32,000 bases of DNA, from positions 690,001 through 722,000 of the forward strand of contig NC_022359.1 of NCBI RefSeq assembly GCF_000354175.2, read 5' to 3'. Within the stretch, counting starts at the first letter, position 1. The number at the start of each line of letters is the position of its first letter. Positions 18,783 through 25,580 of the stretch are shown piece by piece. The notes beneath the pieces were generated by a model. The model was not told the DNA's origin. It saw nothing but the letters and a program-made list of their open reading frames with translations, and searched no databases. This DNA is from Vibrio alginolyticus NBRC 15630 = ATCC 17749. Lineage in GTDB: Bacteria > Pseudomonadota > Gammaproteobacteria > Enterobacterales > Vibrionaceae. Position numbers and translations under genes: made by a program.

Positions 18783-18820
18783 TTATTGGCATATGCTAAA
18801 AATGTTATTGGCATATGCCA
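18783..18820. promoter_or_regulatory. Tandem operator-like palindromes (2 x TTATTGGCATATGC; cores TGGCATATGCTA and TGGCATATGCCA)
   Basis: A 14-bp direct repeat at 18783-18796 and 18805-18818, 22 bp apart. The second core (18809-18820) is a perfect 12-bp palindrome and the first is 11/12. They overlap a plausible sigma70 promoter (TTGCAA 18770-18775, 16-nt spacer, TATGCT 18792-18797), 40-75 bp upstream of the DUF134 gene. Confidence 0.45.
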
Positions 18821-18858
18821 GTTTAAGGCGTAATTTGACTCTGTGTTTTTGAGGGACA

Positions 18859-19152
18859 ATGATGGCAAGACCAAAGATAGAAAGACGAATATGCGGACGT
18901 GCGGCTCACCACTGCTTTAAGCCCAATGGCATTCCATTTAATCAGTTGGAGCAAGTCGCCATATTACCAGAAGAGTTAGAAGCGCTACGTTTAGCCGACT
19001 TAGAGGGGCTTAGCCAGCAGCAAGCTGCGGAGCAGATGGGCGTTTCTAGACAAACTTTTGGTAACACAGTAAAAAGTGCAAGATTGAAAGTCGCAAAAAG
19101 TTTAGTTGAAGGTCATGCATTAGTTTTTCCGAATGAGGAGTCAAACTTATGA
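18859..19152 (+). CDS. DUF134/UPF0251-family predicted DNA-binding protein
   Basis: 'RPKIERRICG....CFKPNG' N-terminus and a sigma-70-region-4-like HTH 'LSQQQAAEQMGVSRQTFGNTVKSARLKVAKSL'. The stop overlaps the next start (ATGA). Confidence 0.8.
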   Translation: MMARPKIERRICGRAAHHCFKPNGIPFNQLEQVAILPEELEALRLADLEGLSQQQAAEQMGVSRQTFGNTVKSARLKVAKSLVEGHALVFPNEESNL

Positions 19153-19655
19153 TTTATGCTATTCCTAATGATGGTGAGCGGGTGGCAAACCACTTTGTAA
19201 AAGCACCATACATCGCTATTTATTCTGATACTGACGGTATGCTAAAAAACTTAGCGAACATTGCTTCTATGCCACAAGCGGGTTGTAATGCGAAGTCTCA
19301 GTTGATTCAGTCTCTACAAGGGTACAATGTGGATGCTGTTCTTGTGCGAAATATTGGTGAACGTGTATTGGCAAAGCTACTTAGCAGTGGCACGCCAGTA
19401 TTTAGGCTGTCTACTCGTAGTTCATTGGAAGATGTGCTTGCGGTTCCAAGAGAGCCTTTGATTGAGCCCTCTCAAGGACGCCCATCAAACAATCATAAGA
19501 AAAGTGTTCACAAACAAAAAGGCGGCTGCGGCTCCTGTGGTTGTGGTGGCCAAAAATCAAAAACCTCCTTGTTGGCAAGACCTAAAGCGCTACTCAAAGC
19601 AACATCTAGCCCTGCTATACTTAAGCTAGAGTCGATGGCTAATAAGGCAGGTTAA
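19149..19655 (+). CDS. NifX/NifB-C-type (dinitrogenase FeMo-cofactor-binding fold) protein with Cys-rich basic C-terminal tail
   Basis: 'MIYAIPNDGERVANHFVKAPYIAIY...GYNVDAVLVRNIGERVLAKLLSSGTPVF' matches the family pattern. The tail contains GGCGSCGCGG (19521-19550). Confidence 0.75.
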   Translation: MIYAIPNDGERVANHFVKAPYIAIYSDTDGMLKNLANIASMPQAGCNAKSQLIQSLQGYNVDAVLVRNIGERVLAKLLSSGTPVFRLSTRSSLEDVLAVPREPLIEPSQGRPSNNHKKSVHKQKGGCGSCGCGGQKSKTSLLARPKALLKATSSPAILKLESMANKAG

Positions 19656-19656
19656 T

Positions 19657-19866
19657 ATGGTTTGGTTATTTACCTTTCTTGGTTTTCTCGCAATCATTTT
19701 GTTGATGTCACTTGGCGTCATTTTTCATAACAAGCGTATTCAAGGAAGTTGCGGCGGTCTAAACAACGTCGGTGTTGATAAAGTATGCAACTGCGAAACC
19801 TCATGCGCAGAACCTGAAAGGCGTTTATATCAAATCTCAGAACCTAACTCATCACCTGAGCGCTAA
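19657..19866 (+). CDS. nqrM: NqrM-like (DUF539) single-TM 4-Cys miniprotein
   Basis: N-terminal TM helix, then 'IQGSCGG' and 'VCNCETSC', the four-Cys layout I recall for Na+-NQR maturation factor NqrM. Starts 1 nt after the preceding stop. The symbol denotes a family-level paralogue only. Confidence 0.65.
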   Translation: MVWLFTFLGFLAIILLMSLGVIFHNKRIQGSCGGLNNVGVDKVCNCETSCAEPERRLYQISEPNSSPER

Positions 19867-20656
19867 GGCTTTTGGCCCATTGCGGCAAGGTTTGCCGAAA
19901 CCAGTCCAAATACTTGCTGGTCTGCGGATTCTCTCTGGAGACCAGTATGTTGACTACCTCGACAACGATCCACGCTTTTGCTAGTCCGATATCGCGCGCC
20001 AATTCTGTTGTTTCACCTTTCTCTGCGCACTTTATATATTTGTCTGCTACGTTCAAGTAATCATCAAATGTGCCCATGCCCTCGATGAGCGGTGCTAAAT
20101 CTATCGCGACATGCCCTGTAGAAAAGCGCTCCCAGTCGAACAGCACCAGCTCGCCATTTTCGCGCTGTCCCCAGTTTCCTGCATTGGTGTCTCCGGAGAT
20201 CAAGTTCTGCCTATCAAAAAGGTGCGCCGATCGTTGTTGTAGCTGGTGGAAGAACTGTTCTGTCTCTGAGCCCAGTTTAAGTGTAGTGAGTGCTTGTTGA
20301 GTCGCTTGTGGTATCCACTGGTGGCGGTGATAAACACCATCTGATGTTGGTGGAAGTCGGTGCAGTTTGACGAGTTGTTCAATGACTCGATCATCTTCAA
20401 GTAAGAATGCTTGCTCGACTGCGTGGGGAACGTATTCAATGTACAGAACGTTTTTCTGGTCGTCGAGTTGAATCAAGCGCGGTACGTGTATTCCAAGCGC
20501 GTTAAACTGTTCGGCATAGCGTTGATAAAACGCGACTTCTATTTGAGTAGGGTTACGTTTTTCTATTACTTGGACGCCATCTTTTTCGATGAGAAAAACT
20601 TTGGCACTGCCCATTTGGTTGAGTTCTTGCTGCGACACCGGACTTCCTGTCTTCAT
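19844..20656 (-). CDS. Phosphotransferase (APH/choline-kinase-like) family protein
   Basis: Kinase-fold motifs 'LISGDTNAGNW' (Brenner-like xGDxxxxN) and 'LFDWERF'. The start is uncertain (ATG 20656 versus TTG 20710). The 3' end overlaps the nqrM-like gene by 23 nt. Confidence 0.65.
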   Translation of the reverse strand: MKTGSPVSQQELNQMGSAKVFLIEKDGVQVIEKRNPTQIEVAFYQRYAEQFNALGIHVPRLIQLDDQKNVLYIEYVPHAVEQAFLLEDDRVIEQLVKLHRLPPTSDGVYHRHQWIPQATQQALTTLKLGSETEQFFHQLQQRSAHLFDRQNLISGDTNAGNWGQRENGELVLFDWERFSTGHVAIDLAPLIEGMGTFDDYLNVADKYIKCAEKGETTELARDIGLAKAWIVVEVVNILVSRENPQTSKYLDWFRQTLPQWAKSLSAQVMS

Positions 20657-20843
20657 GTAGAGAGAGCTCACCTTAATCGCTGCACTCACGTTTGCCAATA
20701 GCCACGACAAAGTGCCTCAAAAATATTAAATGCAACTGTTTAAATATGATTTTGTCGTTGGTGTCTAAATTTTACACAGTTACGCCTGTACTCCGATAAA
20801 TTCGTTCTACGCTTACTATTCGTCTTAATAAAGGAGAACCAAA

Positions 20844-21038
20844 ATGGCTGTAATGAAGCAGGATATTCCAAATCGTGTAACGGTTTACCATGACAATATC
20901 GATCAAGAACAAGAGCTGAAAAATGCGATGCTGCCAGAGAAACCGCGCTACTTTAACGGTGCTCCGACTTACAAAGCGAACAGCATCGAAGAGTTTGAAA
21001 GCAAAATCAGTCAGATAGGTTTGTCTCTCGATAAATAA
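20844..21038 (+). CDS. Small hypothetical protein (64 aa)
   Basis: Strong SD AAGGAG (20831-20836) 7 nt before the ATG, and a strong terminator 15 nt after the stop. No family recognised. Confidence 0.6.
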   Translation: MAVMKQDIPNRVTVYHDNIDQEQELKNAMLPEKPRYFNGAPTYKANSIEEFESKISQIGLSLDK

Positions 21039-21052
21039 TTTTTCTTTTACCT

Positions 21053-21084
21053 AAAAGCGCCCTCAAAATGAGGGCGCTTTTTTG
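21053..21084. terminator. Bidirectional intrinsic terminator
   Basis: AAAA-GCGCCCTC-AAAAT-GAGGGCGC-TTTTTT between the convergent small gene and the EF-G paralogue. Confidence 0.8.
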
Positions 21085-21113
21085 TTTATGTGATTGATTT
21101 GAATCTTAGGGAA

Positions 21114-23138
21114 TTAACCTTGTTGTGTACTGCCTTGGCAGACCTGTTTTTGCACTGCTGGTGGCGCAGGCTCGTAATGGCTTAAGGTCATACTAAAGCT
21201 GCCTTCACCACCAGTGATAGAGCGTAATCGACGAGCGTAATCTTGCAGCTCGTTTACAGGTGACTTGGCTCTGAGTAAGGTGAAGCTGCTGTCGATTGGC
21301 TCGGTGCCTTCGATTAAGCCTCGGTTTCCAGATAAATCTCCAGAAACATCGCCAACGTTCGCGGTTGGGATGTGCAGTTCCATCTGGACAATGGGTTCTA
21401 GCACAATAGGATCTGCGTTGTTAATCGCATCTAAAAAGGCTTTCTTACCTGCGATGACAAACGCAATTTCTTTCGAATCGACGGAGTGATATTTACCGTC
21501 ATAAACGGTGACTTCCACATCCTTAATTGGGTTGCCAGAAATCGCGCCTTCCTCTAACGCTTGCAAAATACCTTTTTCTACAGCAGGAATGAGCGCGGTT
21601 GGAATGGCGCCACCCACCACTTTGTTGATGAACTTAAATCCGGCACCACGTTCGAGTGGACGAACCTTCAATTGCACTTCACCAAACTGGCCTGCACCGC
21701 CACTTTGTTTTTTGTGTCGATAATGCCCTTCGGCAGGTTTGGTGATGGTTTCAAAGTATTCGACGCTTGGTTGGCAGGTTTCGACGTCCAGTTTGTACAC
21801 GTTCGCCATCTTTTCTAATGCGACTTTGAGGTGAAACTCCCCTTGGCCGCTGATGATGGTTTCGTTGGTGCGAGCGCGATGTTCGATGCGCAGAGAAGGG
21901 TCTTCACTGGCAATTTTATTCAGCACATCTCCTAATTTTTGCTCATCTCCACGCTTAAGAGGCTTCAAGCACAAAGAATACATGGAGTCAGGAAGGTCCA
22001 ACGTTTTGAGTTGAACACCATCTTCTTCGTGAGAGTCATGAACGATTGAATCGAATTCGAGATCATCCACTTTGGCTAAAACGCAGAAGTCGCCCGCAAG
22101 CGCGCGAGGGATCTCGGTTCTATCTTTGCCCTGCAGTTGATATAAGTGCCCAACTTTAAATGCCTTGTTGCTTTCGCCAATATAAAGCTGGCTGCCCGCA
22201 TTGATTTCACCCTGATACACACGTAAGTAGGCAAGTTTTCCCATATATGGGTCGACGCTGACTTTGTACACGTGTGCGACGGTGTGCTCTAAGGTTTCGC
22301 AATTTACTTTGATTTTTTTGCCGTTCTTTTCCAGTAGAGGAGGGTTACCCTCGTTTGGCATGGGCATGATCTCCGCCAAGGTGCGCAGCAGCAACTCGAC
22401 GCCCGCGCCGGTTTGTCCTGAGACAAAACAGACCGGAATCACATGTCCAGTTCTCAGTGCTTCTTCAAACGGATCATGCAGTTGCTCTGCGGTGAGTTCG
22501 GAGCCTTGTTCCAGATACAGTTCCATCAGTTCTTCATCGACTTCGATGACTTGGTCAATTAAGGTCTCATGAGCTTCATCTACCGTTGCAAGTAAGGTTT
22601 CTCGTCCCAATTCTGGTTCGAAATAGCAGTCAACTACAGATTCCCCGTCAGCCGAAGGTAAGTTGATCGGCAAGCAGTGGTCACCAAAATGCTCAACGAT
22701 GTTCTCCATCAATCTTTCTAACTGATTACCGTGGTTATCGAGCTTATTGATAATGATCATCTGACATTTTTGCTGCTCTTTAGCAAAGGTGAATAAGCGA
22801 TCGGAAGTTTGGTTAAGTGGGGTTTGAGGGTCGATGACAAGGGCAGATGTTTCAACGGCAGGAAAAACGCTGATAGTACGGCCAAGTAACTCGTTTTGTC
22901 CCGGAGTGTCGATGATATTGAGCCGGTGTTTATTCCAGCGCAGTGCTACTGGCGTTGCTTCAATACTGTGTTGATATTGGATGGATTGAGGGTCGAAGTC
23001 GGTAACGGTATCGCCTTTTTCTACGCTGCCTAAATGGTGCGTGGCATCGCAGGTGAAGAGCAGTTTTTCTATCAGCGTGGTTTTACCGGTCCCGGTTTGG
23101 CCGACAAAAGCGATATTGCGTATTTTGTTGATAGGCAT
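21114..23138 (-). CDS. Elongation factor G-like translational GTPase paralogue (divergent G domain)
   Basis: Five-domain EF-G length. Motifs: G1 'GQTGTGKT', G3 'DTPGQ', G4 'NKLD', domain IV 'DGKYHSVDSKE', domain V 'SPVNELQDYARRLRSITGGEGSF'. ATG at 23138 is preceded by AAGGAGG. Confidence 0.85.
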   Translation of the reverse strand: MPINKIRNIAFVGQTGTGKTTLIEKLLFTCDATHHLGSVEKGDTVTDFDPQSIQYQHSIEATPVALRWNKHRLNIIDTPGQNELLGRTISVFPAVETSALVIDPQTPLNQTSDRLFTFAKEQQKCQMIIINKLDNHGNQLERLMENIVEHFGDHCLPINLPSADGESVVDCYFEPELGRETLLATVDEAHETLIDQVIEVDEELMELYLEQGSELTAEQLHDPFEEALRTGHVIPVCFVSGQTGAGVELLLRTLAEIMPMPNEGNPPLLEKNGKKIKVNCETLEHTVAHVYKVSVDPYMGKLAYLRVYQGEINAGSQLYIGESNKAFKVGHLYQLQGKDRTEIPRALAGDFCVLAKVDDLEFDSIVHDSHEEDGVQLKTLDLPDSMYSLCLKPLKRGDEQKLGDVLNKIASEDPSLRIEHRARTNETIISGQGEFHLKVALEKMANVYKLDVETCQPSVEYFETITKPAEGHYRHKKQSGGAGQFGEVQLKVRPLERGAGFKFINKVVGGAIPTALIPAVEKGILQALEEGAISGNPIKDVEVTVYDGKYHSVDSKEIAFVIAGKKAFLDAINNADPIVLEPIVQMELHIPTANVGDVSGDLSGNRGLIEGTEPIDSSFTLLRAKSPVNELQDYARRLRSITGGEGSFSMTLSHYEPAPPAVQKQVCQGSTQQG

Positions 23139-23388
23139 AGAGCCTCCTTGCAAGATGGCGTGAAAAACCTACGAATTGCTAGGAAGTGGGTTGTTATAGA
23201 AACCCACGCACTGCATTGGAGTAGGGCGGGATTACCGCCTATTCGTTTTCCACGTCATTTTCCGGATGACTCGATGCATAAGACCACCTTCTTGGACTAC
23301 TGGAATCTTAGCATGCCTCAATAACCATATAATTTATGTGACTTATTTCATGATGGGGCTGATTGTTTTTTAATCGAGATCATAAACT

Positions 23389-23428
23389 CAGAGGTTCTGA
23401 CTTTTGGAGCAAAACCTCTGGATTTTTT
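23389..23428. terminator. Terminator hairpin downstream of the epimerase gene
   Basis: CAGAGGTT-N16-AACCTCTG lies 4 nt from the stop. The T6 tract is on the plus-strand side and A6 on the minus-strand upstream side, so orientation is ambiguous. Confidence 0.5.
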
Positions 23429-23431
23429 AGG

Positions 23432-24424
23432 CTATTTGGAAAGAACGATTTCGCCGTCGCGATAAACCAAGCTTGGCGTTACATCTTGTCCGAGCAACAC
23501 CGGGCCATCAAGATCGACAACGCTTGCCTGAGCAGCAATGGGTAAGGCAGCGCGCATCGCAAGCGACGTCCCCAACATACAACCGGACATGAGGCTAAAA
23601 CCGAGTTTTTGGGCGTCGTCGGCTAATAATAGTGCTTCAGTGAGCCCGCCAGTTTTATCTAGCTTAATATTCACCATTTCATATTTTCCAACCAGCTGAT
23701 GTAATTGCTCTCTGGTGTGACAACTTTCATCGGCGCAAAGTGGAATGGGGTGCGGAATGCTGGCGAGTACGTCATCGCAGTCTTGTGGCAACGGTTGTTC
23801 GATCATGGTGATGTCTAGCGGTTCGAGTTGAGCAAATACCGTCGCGAGGTCGAGGCTTTGCCATGCTTCATTCGCATCTAAAACAATTTGCGCGTGCGGC
23901 GCAGCATCGCGTACTGCGGCAACGCGATCAAGCACGTGTTCACCATCCAGTTTTACCTTAAGCAGTTTTGCGCCTTGGCTAAGGTAATCCTGCGCCTGTT
24001 TTGCCATCGCTTGCGGCGTGTCGATAGAAACCGTCATCGCCGTCACAATCGCCTCTGGTAACGTAAAGAGGTCGTGAACCTGTTGCTTGTGGCTCAAAAG
24101 CGCGTGAAGATGCCAAAGGGCGCAATCCAATGCATTTCTTGCCGCCCCCGTGGGCAATAACGATTGAAGCTGGCTTTTGAGAACCATGACATCAGCTTCG
24201 CCTTTGGCATACAAACTTTGCAGTTCATGTGCGGCGTGAGAAATCGCCTTAATCACCGATTCAACCGATTCACCATAACGAGGGTATGGCGTGCATTCAC
24301 CTTGGGCGGTCATGCCTCGATGTTCAATTGTCACTCGGACTACGTGGCACTCTGTCCGACTGCCGCGAGAGATGCGAAATGGTGTCGCCATGGCAATCGT
24401 GACAGGTTCTACATGAATTTTCAT
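23432..24424 (-). CDS. dgcA: Enolase-superfamily dipeptide-epimerase-like racemase (candidate N-acetyl-D-glutamate racemase DgcA)
   Basis: Catalytic pattern 'LLKVKLDG' (KxK), metal ligands 'DANEAW', 'IEQP', 'ADES', and second base 'NIKLDKTGG'. The dgcA assignment rests on context with DUF1611 and LysR genes. Confidence 0.7.
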   Translation of the reverse strand: MKIHVEPVTIAMATPFRISRGSRTECHVVRVTIEHRGMTAQGECTPYPRYGESVESVIKAISHAAHELQSLYAKGEADVMVLKSQLQSLLPTGAARNALDCALWHLHALLSHKQQVHDLFTLPEAIVTAMTVSIDTPQAMAKQAQDYLSQGAKLLKVKLDGEHVLDRVAAVRDAAPHAQIVLDANEAWQSLDLATVFAQLEPLDITMIEQPLPQDCDDVLASIPHPIPLCADESCHTREQLHQLVGKYEMVNIKLDKTGGLTEALLLADDAQKLGFSLMSGCMLGTSLAMRAALPIAAQASVVDLDGPVLLGQDVTPSLVYRDGEIVLSK

Positions 24425-24474
24425 CTCACTAGTTTTCCCTAAACCGCAGTTATTTTCTAAACCGTAAATGTTTC

Positions 24475-25479
24475 TTAAATCGTAAGGAGCCTATCTGCAA
24501 CCGCATCAACGCCAAAACGTACAGGGTCGGTGACGGGCACTTGGTATTTGTCGCTCCAATCCTGGCATAACTGGGCAGCATCTTCTTCGCTGAGCGCCGA
24601 AGTGTTTAAGCAAATACCCACTAATTGAGCGTTTGGATTTGTTAGGCGAGCAGCGGCCAGATTCGCTTCTATCGTTTGTTCAATGGTTGGCAAGCTCGCA
24701 TGTGGTAAGTTGCGGATGTGCGGGCGACCAATCTCATGGCACAGTATCAGAGCGTCAGCTTGTGCGCCGTGAAGTAAGCCCAAACTTACGCCAGCAAACG
24801 AAGGGTTAAATAACGAACCTTGCCCTTCGATGATGTCCCAATCGTGATCGGTGAACTCAGGGCTGATCGTTTCTACTGCGCCGGAGATAAAATCGGCAAC
24901 TACGGCATCAATTGAAATGCCACTGCCTGCGATGAGAATTCCAGTTTGACCCGTTGCTTTGAACTCTGCGCGACAGTTTTTACGCTTTAATGTGTGCTCA
25001 ATGGCGAGGGCAGAGTACATTTTGCCAACGGAGCAATCTGTTCCTACAGTAAGTACTCGCTTGCCTGCGCGAGCTTTGCCATTGCCGACCTTGAGCGGGG
25101 CATCATAATGGCGAACATCATACAGTTTGGTTAATCCGCGTTGTTCTAGATCGGCAAGAGGAGAAAGTTCCGCCAAACGTTGGTGCATGCCCGATGCAAT
25201 TTCAAATCCCATCTCTGCCGCTTCAAGTAAGGTTGCTTGCCAAGCTTCGGGAATGACGCCTCCTGGATTTGCCGTGCCGAGCACCAGCGTTTTTGCTCCT
25301 TGCTGCTGCGCTTGTTGTAGTGTCATGTCGGTTAAACCAAGCGATACGGTTTCTGGCGTCAGGCGGATTTGGCCAAGACAAATCTCAGGTCGCCATTGGT
25401 ATATGCCACGCGCGGTTTTTGCTGCGAGTGGATCGGTTACATCGCCAAGAAAGAGTAGGTAAGGTTGAGCAATTTGCAT
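24475..25479 (-). CDS. dgcN: DUF1611-family protein (candidate D-glutamate N-acetyltransferase DgcN)
   Basis: 'VGTDCSVGKMYSA' P-loop-like motif and a ~334 aa length typical of DUF1611. ATG at 25479 is preceded by GAAGGGAA. Confidence 0.65.
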   Translation of the reverse strand: MQIAQPYLLFLGDVTDPLAAKTARGIYQWRPEICLGQIRLTPETVSLGLTDMTLQQAQQQGAKTLVLGTANPGGVIPEAWQATLLEAAEMGFEIASGMHQRLAELSPLADLEQRGLTKLYDVRHYDAPLKVGNGKARAGKRVLTVGTDCSVGKMYSALAIEHTLKRKNCRAEFKATGQTGILIAGSGISIDAVVADFISGAVETISPEFTDHDWDIIEGQGSLFNPSFAGVSLGLLHGAQADALILCHEIGRPHIRNLPHASLPTIEQTIEANLAAARLTNPNAQLVGICLNTSALSEEDAAQLCQDWSDKYQVPVTDPVRFGVDAVADRLLTI

Positions 25480-25558
25480 GATGGTTCCCTTCGTCATCGT
25501 TATTGCTCATTAATGTAGCCAGACTGATTTAGGAAACCGAATGCTTATTTGTTAGGCA

Positions 25559-25579
25559 GGTATAACTTCAGGTTATACC
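25559..25579. promoter_or_regulatory. LTTR-box-like dyad GGTATAAC-TTCAG-GTTATACC (contains T-N11-A)
   Basis: Perfect 8-bp arms between the LysR gene stop (25581) and the DUF1611 gene start (25479). Confidence 0.4.
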
Positions 25580-25580
25580 T

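Noticed and set aside
18787-18820. TTGGCATATGC repeats resemble the TGGCA half of a sigma-54 -24 element.
   Set aside because: A sigma-54 promoter needs GG and GC elements about 10 bp apart (TGGCAC-N5-TTGCA). Here the GC follows the GG after only 5 nt, and the sequence is self-complementary, so a dimeric-regulator operator explains it better.
21265-22572. Several 70-100-aa plus-strand ORFs inside the EF-G paralogue. Similar antisense or nested ORFs occur inside other genes (e.g. 593-868, 1606-2088, 2399-2773, 3453-3797, 12284-12502, 25127-25481, 25909-26209, 26861-27467, 31119-31645).
   Set aside because: These are shadow ORFs on the opposite strand or in an alternative frame of well-supported genes. 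They lack SDs and have biased, low-complexity (Ser/Cys/Ala/Pro-rich) products.
23328-23428. Possible ~90-nt plus-strand sRNA (TATAAT at 23328-23333 to hairpin+T6 at 23389-23428), including a 7-codon mini-ORF ATGATGGGGCTGATTGTTTTTTAA.
   Set aside because: There is no acceptable -35 element at 16-18 nt spacing and no SD for the mini-ORF. The hairpin is explained more simply as the (bidirectional) terminator of the epimerase gene, whose stop is 4 nt away. It is kept only as a low-interest note.
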